Source: Fistulifera solaris
Lineage: Eukaryota
Direction: 5' to 3'
NCBI GenBank assembly: GCA_030295235.1
Contig: AP026151.1
Location: 496,001-560,000 of the forward strand
DNA length: 64,000 nucleotides
Shown: positions 23,130 to 34,791 of the stretch, in pieces
Numbering within the stretch: position 1 is the stretch's first letter
Layout of the letters: each line of letters opens with the position of its first letter
The notes under the pieces: generated by a model
Seen by the model: only the letters and a program-made list of their open reading frames with translations
Database searches by the model: none
Told to the model about the DNA's origin: nothing
Position numbers and translations under genes: made by a program

Positions 23130-23717
23130 GGCTCCGTTTATCGCCACTCGGCGATAATATTAACCCCAATCGCGGATAATATCGCGGATACGCGATAATT
23201 TTCCGCGATATTATCGCCTGGTGGGGATAATTTGGATTCCGTCTGACGTTGCATGAAAAATTCCATCGCCCGGTCGAGCCATTTTTTACCACAAGTCTGC
23301 AGTAAGGTTACCTTTAAAAATGCGCCTGACTGCATAATTGCCGGCGCAACAACGACCGCGACAAAATTACTTTTGCTACTGGGGATCACCTTGTCATTGG
23401 CAGAGCGCAAGGAGCATATCAAGTTGCGACCGAGTGAGGCGCGCAAGATCATTTTAGAGGAGATCTTGAAACTGGGGCGCAGAATCTGAAGGTGTTTGGT
23501 CGGTTGCGAGCTTTACCAGAGGTACTGTATGTTTTCGCTTTTCTTTCTTTTCACAAAACTCTAACTAGCCCGAGACGCCAAAATTCCTACATGGAACTTG
23601 GAATCCAAAAAAATTATCGCGTGTCGGGGATATTATCGCGGATACGCGATAAAATTCTGCGATATTATCGCGAGCTCAGGATAATATCGCGGATACGCGA
23701 TAATCTGCTTCGGAGCA
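23130..23717. mobile_element. Degenerate MITE-like element with subterminal TTATCGCG/GCGATAA motif clusters
   Basis: Clusters of ATCGCGGATACGCGATAA-type motifs at 23138-23230 and 23612-23705, bounded by GCTCCG/CGGAGC; no clear TSD. Confidence 0.5.
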
Positions 23718-24486
23718 TCTCTTTTACACATCATGTAAGAGTAGAATGTGCACATAGGAGGTGTCTTTTGATGCTGTTTGTGAGCTAATAGCACCCTGCT
23801 TGCAAGAAAATGGGTTGCAATGTTAAGCGACTGCGTGAAATCACTACATAGCCGTTGAGACATCTCACGAACAATCCCTGGGTTTACCCGGTACTCAAAG
23901 CCTAAGTAGATGTTTTAACGGTTTTGATCGAGTTTTATGCTTATCTCAACGTCTATTTTTCCTGTCGAGAATATAGATACTTAGCTCTCAGGACATACCG
24001 GCATGCGCGCAAGTTCCTCTACCGGATAATTTAACGCCGTGCCCGGGTGTGGGATTTACTTTACCGGTAAGGATACAGGGTTAAGGATACAGGGTAATAT
24101 TCATTTTCATTCTAATTCATTCATTCGTTTAGGTTTGGGTTCACTCTGGTGCCGAGGCTTATCGTAGCGGTACCAAAAGCTCAAGCACGGCCGCCGAGGA
24201 TTTTACTGTAAACTGTAAACCTGAGTCGTGGGTACCGGTAAGGACATTCTACATTATGAACGCCAGTATGTAGAATAAGGGACTGAGTCTGTCGTACCAC
24301 CAAGGGTACCACGAAAAGGTACGCGTCCACGTAATAACCCAACGCTCTTTGAAAGCCAACGCGAGAGTTCATCATCACCCCCGCCTTTGAGATCGCTACC
24401 TCTATTTTAGTCGAAATGGATGGGTGAAACGAGAGCTTCTTATAAGAAATTAGTATTCGTCATTATCGCACTTGTCTTGAAATCAA

Positions 24487-25729
24487 ATGGTTGTTCACCG
24501 AGAAAGAAGAAAAAATAAGGCATGTACGCGCACATCGACTGCACCGTTGCGTGTCACCTTGCAATATGTTACCGCTCTTATTCTTATGCAATTGACGATG
24601 GGGTTCTCTCCTCATGTCATGAACCGTTTCGTACTCAAACGAAGTTCGCCGACTTCTGGTAAAGTGCTGTACGGTGGAAATCAACCATTAAGGACATCGT
24701 CGACGGTTCAGTTTATGAGTCCGACGGAAGAATTTGTCGATGCTCAAACAACAAATAGCTCCGATGGATTCCCTCCTCCTTTTCAGTCACCTTAGAGAAA
24801 GATGACTACTCGTACAAAGAAGCAGTCCTGAGAACGCTTGGATGGGTTAGTTTAGCTGGTATTTTCGGTTGTGTTCTCTGGGCCGTGGGCGGGTCGACGG
24901 TAGGGGAAGAATTTTTTGCGGGTTATCTTGTGGAGCAGAGTCTTTCGGTAGACAATCTGTTCGTTTTTCTTTTGCTCTTTGAGTACTTTAAGGTTCCTGT
25001 GAAACTGCAGGATCGAGTGTTGAATTGGGGTATTTATGGAGCTATTATTATGCGGGCTGTGATGATCGGTCTCGGAGCGGCTGCCTTGCAACAGTTTCAT
25101 GCCATCTTGCTAGTGTTTGCGTCCATTCTTATCTACAGCTCTGCGAAATTCTTTATTGGAGGCGAGGAAGGGGAGGAAGAAGACCCTAGTCAAAACACAA
25201 TTGTCAAGTTTTCAAGGAGTCTTATACCATCTACCGACGAATTTCACGGCAAGAAGTTCTTCACTATCGAGGATGGATTAAAGAAAGCGACTCCATTATT
25301 TATCTGCATGATTGCTGTTGAAATCAGCGACGTTGTCTTTGCCGTTGACAGCATTCCTGCCGTTTTTGGTGTCACCGAGGTAAGTATTCTCTATGACGTT
25401 GATCACTCACTCGTCTAGTGCCGATACCGAATCTCATCTTTGCTTTCATCCTCCAGAATCCGCTGATAGTTTTCTCCTCTAATATGTTTGCCATCATGGG
25501 TCTACGGAGCATGTATACAATTCTGTCAAAGGCTGCAACAGATCTAAAGTATCTCGAGCCAGCAGTCGCTTTGGTTTTGGGCTTCATCGGGTCGAAAATG
25601 GTTGCTGAGTACTTTAATTACGAGATACCTACCAATATTGCACTTGGTGTTGTTGCCTCACTCCTTATCTCGGGAGTTGGAGCGTCAATGTGGGATAAGC
25701 AACAACGAGAGGATGACCAGAATGAGTAA
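24487..25729 (+). CDS. TerC family integral membrane protein, plastid-type; frameshift ~24790, intron ~25380-25457
   Basis: EFFAGYLVEQSLSVDNLFVF, VLNWGIYGAIIMR, DVVFAVDSIPAVFGVT, SNMFAIMGLRS; signal peptide ending GF. Confidence 0.9.
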
Positions 25730-25976
25730 TCTGCTTTTTCCTCAGAATTGCTATATTTGCTACGACTCCAAGATAGAGTTGAAAACATAAATTTTATCAT
25801 TAGTTAAATCATAATTTGTTCACGCCGTATTTTAAACCAGTGACAAGCTTTGCTAATTCATGGTCTCTTACTATACAGGATCAATGACGAATCAAGGTAA
25901 GTAAGCAGTAACATTATCACTTTGCTTTTAATCATTATTGTTTTGAAACTTCAGCACCCGAAGTTCTCGATTATCC

Positions 25977-26905
25977 CTAGAGAATAGAGCAAGGACATCC
26001 GGCGCCTGTCTGTGGTGTATTCGACGAATTCTGCGCATTTCGTGAGTTGTTGGCTGATGTTGAACCACTGGAAAGCTTCTTATCTTTCGCCTCGTTAGTT
26101 GATTCAAGGGCGGGTTTTATCGAGACATTGATCGGAGTGGGATGTGTTTTGAAACTTGGAATTTGAATATCCTCTAACGTGCGTGAATCTGGCATAAGAA
26201 ATCCTTTCCCCATACAAACCAATCGTAAATGTTCGCCACTCGCACATGAAGGAGCATCTTTGAAAAAAAAAGGCATACGTCAAAAATGGCGATTTGTGAA
26301 TGAGTAGCGGCAACAGCGTTACTTACCTTCAGGCCAGGCTGACAGTAGAGCCCCCTTCACATCACCGACTGTGTCGCTAGGATTGCATTCAATGGTTACA
26401 GCTAAGCCGTCTCGGTTAGCAAAAAGAAATCGCAGCGTTATTTTGTTCGGGTCGTATTTGAAAGATGGTCGTGACTTTTTGACGATGAAATGATCGGGGT
26501 GGATGGGCTTGCCGTCGCCTCGTCAAGTTTTGCTACTGATGCCTCCAAGGTATCATTTGCTTCGTTATCTGTCTTGTTATTCTCTTTCATGTTTTCCGAA
26601 CTCGCCCGTAATCCATCCTGAGTAGAAGTTGGCGCACCGTCACCTACAAATCCTGAGCTTTTCTGGTCACGATTAACGTCTCCAGTTGTACTTTCGGTAG
26701 CGGCACCACTATTCATATTCGGATGTTTTTCTAAGACTTCCTCCTGGTTCAAATCGGAAGCAAGAAGAGTAGTCTCTATCTCGTCCGCTGTTGAAGATTT
26801 GTCCTCGGTCGTGTCTGTTGCTGCTTTGTGGTCTCTTTCCACCCCCACTGCGGCCCCACTTTCGGCCTCTAAAGCTTTTTCAGGCTTTTCTGATTTTTCC
26901 ATCAT
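25977..26905 (-). CDS. Membrane-anchored ubiquitin-fold (MUB/UBL3-like) protein with acidic N-terminal extension; frameshift ~26440, intron ~26257-26326
   Basis: LRFLFANRDG, TVGDVKGALLSAWP, LRLVCMGKG, PTPINVS, C-terminal CPCSIL CaaX. Confidence 0.75.
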
Positions 26906-28014
26906 TAGAAACAATACTATCGCTGCTAAATTTTGTATGCTGCCGTCGATACAGTGGCAAGGACGGATTTTCGAACGACTCGATCAACGTTTCATCAACC
27001 TTGTCTCCGCTGACGCGCTAAGCTCCCGTCGTTAGCCACTTTCTTCTGCACGTGATGTTATTTGGGCTTGTTTAGCAGCGTAGAATACTATCCGCGAAAC
27101 AAGCAAGCGTTCGGTAAAGCTTTTGTGTGCCTTTTGCTTTGTTTTGCACTTCGCGTTGTGCAGCGCAGCGTTTGCTTTTGCTTGACTTTTTCTGCGACTG
27201 AAGAAAACGGAGACTACGGAAAAGAGTAGTCTAGCATTAATTAATGAAAGTCATAAGTAGATATCGTATCCTATCGGTACTGGTATATGGTATTAAACTA
27301 CTTCGCATCGTGTCCGAAAGGTTCTGACTAGTCATTTTCATTCTTGTCGTTTCGTGGAGATGATGCATTGTTGGTGAATGACTCACTACCAGGTAAAGAA
27401 AACTAGTCACTAATCGTATCTCCTCCGCCTAATCCATGATGTTCTAACGTATTAGTGGTAACAACTAACAACTGCTAGGGTCTAGGGCCAAACAAATATG
27501 TTAATCGAATGAAAATTGATAAGATATGACGAAAGATATTAAACTGAGTCAAGGTGTTTTTACGAAGCAGCATGTAAGATCTAATTGTTCGTCACTTTTG
27601 TGCTCCCTTGCAAGCAACTCCTCAAGTATAGGTAATGCGAAAGTATAGGCTATAGGTAATACTCCACACGAACCGCCAGCGAAGCAGAAACGTTTTGTAT
27701 TTTTGTCTCTACCAGGTTTCCTTATAAGCAACTTGGCTAGGTCAAAGTGGAAGGCGACAATCAGAAATACGACGACTGAGGAGTCGAGTTGTTACAACTC
27801 ACAGGTTGAGTTAAGTGTGCAGAAGTGGTACATTTCGTAATGTGATTCGACAAGATACAAACTTAGCAACGAAACTAAAGAACTTTGGCACGAAATTTGT
27901 TTAAAACGAAAAATAAGGAGGCTTTTTAGGATTGCTTTTATTTAAAACCAAGTTTAGCTTATAGATTGTGCACACCAAGGTTTTAGAGTCACACAATAAT
28001 GATCGTAAGCCAAA

Positions 28015-28472
28015 TTAACTCGATAACTTAGCGTGATTGGTAATCGCAGCTTCGATCGCTTCAGCGTTAGCGCCGTTAACCACGTCAACCTTTTCTCCAT
28101 TCACGAAATAATGAAATGATGGAACCGATCGGACACCCTCCCGCTTCATTAGCTTGGATGCTTCGGGGAGGCATCGCCAATAACCTTGAGGAAAACGGCG
28201 TCGGGGTACTTTTCCGAAAGTTCTTCGAATTTGGGGGCAATTACTTTGCAAGGCCCACACCAGGTGGTCGAGTAGTCGACAACTACCAAGGCGCTACCCG
28301 CGTTCTTAATTGTGCTATCGAAGGCCGATTCGCTTGCAATATCGATGACTGCCATATCAAGTGGAGCGTATTTTACCGTTCGGGTAACGGCGAATGGGTG
28401 CGACGGCGAGAAAGCTGCCGACAGTGATAGGAGCGACGCCAACGTCGTGAGAAGGCAAGTTTTGCGGATCAT
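28015..28472 (-). CDS. Plastid-targeted thioredoxin, probably f-type (frameshift ~28165)
   Basis: Signal peptide plus AAF-SP; WCGPC; GVRSVPSFHYF. Confidence 0.9.
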
Positions 28473-29004
28473 GTTACTGCTCTGTTTCGAAGTAATGGGC
28501 TGAATATGCTGATTGCGGGGTAAAAAGGATTGACTAAAGTAAGTCAAAGGTTGATCACCAAGTTTGCTGTCAGTACCTGGTATTTTCGGCGTCTTGGGAG
28601 GATCGTTCTTCGCGTCAATGGAACTGTTGGTGCATGCGGTTATTATGCATAGCACAGGGCACGGCGTGTGGCTTCGTCGCGAGCGCTGAAGCCGGTACAA
28701 ATCTTATTACGGAGTACAATATTAGTACCGTAAAGACAGTTCTAAGTGGCATTTCGCTACATCTTATTCTATTCTCATTCCGTATCCGGTCATGAATTTT
28801 CTTCAATGAGAAAGTGTGCTTCGCTTTTTGCAGTCACGCTCGTGTCTGGCAGGATCCGATAGGTTATGAGTTGTGAGCAAGCCGCACTTTCGATCGAATG
28901 AGATCCGTTCGAAAAATAGCGCGAGACACGCACAAAATCCGATCTTCTCGGTTCTTGCCGATCAAAAACACATTATTATCGTGATCTCACATAAATTTTC
29001 AAAC

Positions 29005-30600
29005 ATGTGGTCTACTGGAACTGTTTTGCTAGTGCTGTCGATGCCGCTTTCGGCGATGGGTTTTCTGCCTGGAATGGCGGCAGCTTCTGGAAGCCGCGTT
29101 CGATCTGACGGTGCAAACTTCCGTCTTTTGGCCTCCGATACTCCAGAGGTTCTTCCTGAGTTTGCTGACAAGAAAGAATACATGGAGTACATGGAGACGG
29201 TCTCGTTGTTACCAGAAGGTTTTGCAGTCGGTACCGCGAAAGGCGTAAGTTGAAAGTTAAATATGGCAAAATGGAAGTTTTCTGCGCTGATAAATTGATG
29301 TTTTGCAGACATTTGTATCGGAAGAAGCCCCTCTTTTAGGAAACCTACCCATCAAAGCGACAGTGATTCATTTAACAAAAGGAGCTTCGGACAACTGGGC
29401 TGCTGTTTTCACCAAAAACAGGGTAAGTTTCGTTTTGCAGAATAATGCTTTTTCTAGCCGAGTTGTTGTGAAGCTCATTTGCCTCATATTTTGCTTTAAG
29501 TTCCCTGGAGCGCCTGTGATTGTCGGTCGTAAGCGTCTTGCTAGCGGGGGTCCAATACATGCCCTAGTAATCAACAACAAAGTATCCAATGTGTGTTCTG
29601 GTGGCGACGGAGTCGGAACTCGGAGCTTGTCTGTCAAGCTGTTGCCGATGTGCTGAACTTGCCCGGGGGAGCTGCAACCGTCTTACCAAGCAGTACAGGA
29701 GTGATTGGTTGGCGGCTGCCGGCCAAGGAGTTGGCGGATGACATCGTCCCGAAAGCTGCAGAAAATCTGCAGTCTTCGTCCGCGTTGGCGGCAGCGGAAG
29801 CGATTTGTACTACGGATCGTTATCCAAAGGTGCGAAGCAAGACTCTTTCGAATGGAGCCCGCCTAGTCGGCATTGCGAAAGGTGCTGGAATGATCGAACC
29901 GAACATGGCAACGATGCTGTGTTATATTATGACCGACGCTACTATTCCCAAAGCTAAATTACAAACCATGCTATCGGAATCGGTGAACCAATCGTTCAAC
30001 TCAATTTCAGTCGATGGAGACGAATCTACGAGCGACACAGTAGTACTTGTTTCATCAAACCAGAAAGGGGAAGTCCCCGACGAAGAGTTCCGAGAATCTC
30101 TCGATTTCGTATGCAAAGGCTTGTCGGCAGATATTGTGCGCAACGGAGAAGGCACCGGCCACGTTATTCGAGTTCAGATTGATAATTTCCCTGGATCTGA
30201 CCATTTGGCTCGTCGCTTAGGACGTCATGTGGTGAACTCACCACTCTTCAAATGTGCTGTTTCGGGTAATGACCCAAACACAGGACGACTTGCTGCTGCT
30301 GTGGGTTCCTTCATGGGCAAGTTTGCGAACGAGGAAGACATTTCAGGTATGACTTTGACCCTCGGTGGCCGTGTTATTTTTTCGCAAGGCAAATTCGTAC
30401 TAGAAGGCGATGCCGTCGAAAAGGAAATCAGTCAACACATGTCGAATGCGCAATTCGATGAGCATTCAGACTATCCTCCTCATCAGCGATTTGTGGAGAT
30501 TGGAATCAATTTTAATGGAGCGGGATCAGGCAAAGCAGTTGTCATGGGAAGCGATTTGACTGCTGAGTACGTTGCTGTCAATGCGGATTATCGAAGCTAA
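29005..30600 (+). CDS. argJ: Ornithine acetyltransferase ArgJ; introns 29245-29308 and 29422-29500, frameshift ~29615
   Basis: AAVFTKN, SSTGVIG, TTD, GIAKGAGMIEPNMATML, DGDESTSDT, GEG, YV.VNADYRS. Confidence 0.95.
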
Positions 30601-30661
30601 GTCATACGGAGTAAAGACGAAACTACAATCAGTATTTACTTTTACACGTACACACATGCAA

Positions 30662-31405
30662 CTATCGTGATTTAGGGCCTTTTTCTGCCTGTAAATGTGC
30701 TTTTTGTTTTTCTTCAGCTTTGATGACTTGTTTGAGAAGCCAAATCATTTCGCTCTTATGCTCATTCATTTCCTCGATTTCCGCTTTAGCATCGGCGAGC
30801 TCTTGTATGAGACGTCCGGTTTCTTCATTGACTGCAGGTGTAATGTGCACCTCTTCAGCGGGTTCCGCAACTTTTCTGGCGTTTTCTCTTTCAACCCGTC
30901 TCTCTTCTTGTTCTTTTCTTAAGCGCTGTCTCCTTTCGTCAAATTCTGCTTTTATTTCAGCCTCCCATTCCCTCTTTCGCTCTTTGATTTTGTCTTGGTG
31001 TTCTTTCCGTAATTTTTGCTCCAGTGTCTTTATTTCTCGTTCCATCTCTTGTCTTCGCAAGGTTTCAATATCTTCTAGGCTTTCTTTTTTCTTCTCCAGC
31101 AATTCCTCGTAAGCTTGTTGACATTCGATTATTTTGCGTTGCATTTCCTGAATTTTGCGATGATAATGTTTTCGAAATGCAGGTTCTTGGGTCCGCGAAG
31201 ACGTCCCCGCAATTCGCGATCGAATCGCTTGATACGTATTGACATCAATGCGGTCCGACTTCAATCGAAACATGGGATTGACTTGACTACGACTTCCGAC
31301 GGCAGCCACGCGGGCGGAGTGTCGGGGATCCGTGGATAAAATCCAGACCGGAGGCGACCATGATTCGCCTTCGCCTGTTTCTGCGGTGGGGTCGAGTCGG
31401 GGCAT
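30662..31405 (-). CDS. Hypothetical coiled-coil protein
   Basis: ATG at 31405; long E/K/R-rich heptad region; ends KSEMIWLLKQVIKAE. Confidence 0.7.
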   Translation of the reverse strand: MPRLDPTAETGEGESWSPPVWILSTDPRHSARVAAVGSRSQVNPMFRLKSDRIDVNTYQAIRSRIAGTSSRTQEPAFRKHYHRKIQEMQRKIIECQQAYEELLEKKKESLEDIETLRRQEMEREIKTLEQKLRKEHQDKIKERKREWEAEIKAEFDERRQRLRKEQEERRVERENARKVAEPAEEVHITPAVNEETGRLIQELADAKAEIEEMNEHKSEMIWLLKQVIKAEEKQKAHLQAEKGPKSR

Positions 31406-31811
31406 GAAGGCGAATAAGGAGTGATCGATTGTATTATGAGACAAGTACGGAGTATAGACTAGGTGACAGGAGAATATAGTAATAGTAATGAAATCACGAC
31501 GCGACAACGAGAGCAAACGCGACGATGGCAATAGAAATGCACGCGGACGACTGACTGACGAGCTAAAAAACGTGTTTGATCGCACAGCGAATGAGTGAGG
31601 TCTCGTCTCGAAGATCGATCGAGGCTGAAAAAGGTTTCCAGGAAAACGCATCCAGTGCGTCGTCCTCGTGGATCTGTAAAGGCAAGCCGTTTTCCTTATA
31701 AATGGTACAAGAATAAAGGCACACCGTCTTCTTCAGGTGCAACAAACGTAGCGGTTCATAAGATTGAAAGCGTAATCGAATAAGATGAGGTAAGTGTATT
31801 TTTGCCATGCG

Positions 31812-32600
31812 ATGGCCGATTCTGATAGCATGACACATACTATTTACCCTTTGAAAAATAGCACTTCTCTTACATCACGTGATCGGCTTCGGGAAGATTC
31901 TTGTAATAGTCTCGAGGCCACACCCGAAATGTGTATCCACTGCTTTGACGTTTTGATTCACAAGTTAACGACGACCAGTCACACAGCAGATGGGAGAGCT
32001 CCACCCACATTCGTGGGTCAACTAGCAGATGACTCCACTCAGTGCCCACTTTTCGTCACATGGCAAATCCGAAATAGTCCTTCGGATCCCTTCGAACTTC
32101 GTGGCTGCATAGGAACTTTGTCACCAAGACGGTTGACGAAGTCGATCGGTGCATATGCGTTGACCAGTGCATTCAGTGATCGGCGTTTTTCACCCATTAC
32201 TCTACCGGAAATTCCATGCTTGTGTGTATCGGTTTCTCTGCTGGTTCAGTACGAAGAATGTGAACACTGCCATGATTGGATAGTTGGTGTGCATGGTATT
32301 ATGATCGAATGGTACGATGCGCAAGAGGAGCATTATTCCGCCACGTATTTGCCCGAAGTAGCTTCGGAACAGGGTTGGGATCAGAAGAAAACGGTCAAGT
32401 CACTGATACGAAAAGCCGGATATCATGGCCCCGTAAATGATGCGTTGCTACAGACTATCAAGTGTACGCGATATCAAAGTTCGAAACAGTCGTTAACATA
32501 TGACGGGTATATTGAGCATAAAGGAGATGATTCAGTACGAGAAATTTTACAGCAAGTGATGAGCAGTCACGGTGACAAAAAAGACTGTTCTCTGATGTAA
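31812..32600 (+). CDS. AMMECR1-domain protein
   Basis: PLFVTW, LRGCIGT, SAFSDRRF, VGVHGI, SATYLPEVA.EQGW, LIRKAGY, TRYQS. Confidence 0.93.
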   Translation: MADSDSMTHTIYPLKNSTSLTSRDRLREDSCNSLEATPEMCIHCFDVLIHKLTTTSHTADGRAPPTFVGQLADDSTQCPLFVTWQIRNSPSDPFELRGCIGTLSPRRLTKSIGAYALTSAFSDRRFSPITLPEIPCLCVSVSLLVQYEECEHCHDWIVGVHGIMIEWYDAQEEHYSATYLPEVASEQGWDQKKTVKSLIRKAGYHGPVNDALLQTIKCTRYQSSKQSLTYDGYIEHKGDDSVREILQQVMSSHGDKKDCSLM

Positions 32601-32690
32601 TTAAAGTCAAGGGGTACGAAGCGGAAGCATTTAATTCAGGCGTTAGAGTTATACAGGTTATCGATTTTTATATTTTCACAAGCGTTCAGT

Positions 32691-34257
32691 TCATTCGTCG
32701 TATCTAAGCTCATCCTCTAGTGCGCTCGCAAAAACTCTGCACTGATCGGCGAACTCTTCATCCGCAACATCCATATCATCTTCGCTATTGCACAGCAGTT
32801 CGTACGCAACCTCCACCATGCTCACCTTTCCTTTCGAGGAACATGATATTATGTCTGTCACAAGGACTCGCTTCTGTCGGGGTGACAGAGCTCCCTGATT
32901 CGACAGCCTCCGTAATGCTGCAACGCAATCCAAGCGGTTCTTTTGCTTCGCGCCCGCTGACTCAACATTTATCTTCCTGCGGTTTCTAGACGACGATGAA
33001 GGTGATGCGTTCTGACTCCATTGTTTAATGATGGCAACCGCTTCGGTTTCCGGTCCCTCTTCTCCTTCATCATCATCATCTAACATACTATCGTCGTCAT
33101 CAACATCTTCTAATTCTATAGTATCCATTCCGCTCTCCATACTTTCGTCATCGTTCAACTCGTTATCGACATCGTTCAATAAGTCATTCAGGTCACCGTT
33201 TAATATGTCCGACAGGCTACCAAGAACAATGCGTTTCACCGGCTTTTTTATCGGGGGTGATGTTTTCGTCCCCCAGCAGTGGGCCAAAATTTTTAATTCC
33301 AAGTATTCCGTCCATTCCTACTTCGTCCTCCTTTTCTTCCTTTTCTGCCGTTTTACTCTTTAACTTGGCCGGCTGTGACGCAGCTCGAAGAGCTTGCTTG
33401 GCGGCCTCAGATTCAGCATGCCAGGAAGCATGATGATGGCAAAGAAGCCATTTTCCTGCCACTTTTCGAAATATATTAGTCGCAGTCAGTTTGTTGATGA
33501 GCTCTGTTTGTCGTTTTTGCCCTCGAACGAAGCGTCTCGCGTATACGTGCTCGTCACAAGAAACGATGGCTGTGGAAGCGCCTTGAATCGATAACCGGAT
33601 GTTGTGTGGTTCCATCCAATTCTTTTGAAAGCTCCCTTGCGTTGCCGCGAACATACGTTGCCAGCTGTGTAGCACTTGCTTCGACCCAACCAACGGTCGA
33701 CTACTCGGATGAATGCAAGTCGCTGTGCCGTCCTTGAGCCATACCGCCTCCATTTCTTCATAGCTTTTGCGAGAAAATGCTTTATAAAAGGCAGCATTGA
33801 CCTGTAAAACATCTCCACAGTCATCAATGTGACCTTGATCGATTTCCACTTTGATTTGTGCTGCTTGTCGGTAATCTTGGCTTTTCACTGCTTTGTAAAG
33901 TTGTTCTTCCAGCTGTGCTATATTTTCTTCCTTCGCTTCGTCGGAGGAAGGTACGGGAGGGGCAATGCTCACGACCTTTTTCAACTCCGCTTCTAAATCG
34001 AGGGGAGCGTTCGGGGCCTTTAAAATTCGATCAATTTCCGCTTGTGCTTTTGCTACGCGAATCTTCTTTTCGACAGCGGCTGTTGTGTTCATTTGTCGGA
34101 GCGATGGATGATCGTGTCGGTCTTTTTCGTCATTGAAGTTCGCTTCAAACAGAAAGGTCGTCCTCCTTATTGATTTAAGAGTGGAAGTTACAGTCCAGCA
34201 CTTCGACGGTGTCCCTGCAAGAGATAGAATCAGCAGTGCCGCTATGAATCTGGTCAT
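32691..34257 (-). CDS. Signal-peptide protein with UVR-like and SnoaL/NTF2-like domains plus an acidic C-terminal region (frameshift ~33245)
   Basis: LYKAVKSQDYRQAAQIK (UVR); VNAAFYKAF..MEAVW..CIHP..G..V..SW, ATNIF..W..HHHAS (SnoaL). Confidence 0.75.
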
Positions 34258-34791
34258 GGTGATGTTGTAACGGAGTAGAGGTTTATGCCTTGAGTAATTC
34301 TGACTTGCAAATAGGTTTGTGTTTATGTCCTTGTAGCATGAAGAAGAATGAAAACATCACAAGTGCTTTGTCGAACATCAGCTGTCGTTTGTCGTGTTTT
34401 CCGTTTTCCATCGTCGGCTCGCTCCATCGCGAAAAGTAGGTGGATGGATGACGTTCGACTTCGACGTCTTGCAGCTTGCAGCATGTAGTTCCACCGAGTA
34501 CAGTGTGCCGTAGTGTGAAATCTGTACAAGAGGTGTGCATGACAGACTGTACGATCGCACCGTTACTCCTTTACTACTTCAATGGAAACGTCAGATATGA
34601 CGTCACTCTGTGCGGCAGCAAAAACCAGAGATGCGTGTTACGGAGTAATTGGATGTTGGATACGGATAGATTTTTCATTATGTTTGACGACCTTGGTTGT
34701 TTGATAACATTCGCTTGTTGCAGGAACAGTATTTAATCCTAATTAAAACTGAAATTTGTGCGAGAGAACGCAGAAGAAGTGTAGGAAGGAA

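Noticed and set aside
23875..24095. CCCTG..TTACC inverted ends plus a TAAGGATACAGGG tandem duplication
   Set aside because: No TSD on the left side; a simple 14-bp duplication explains it
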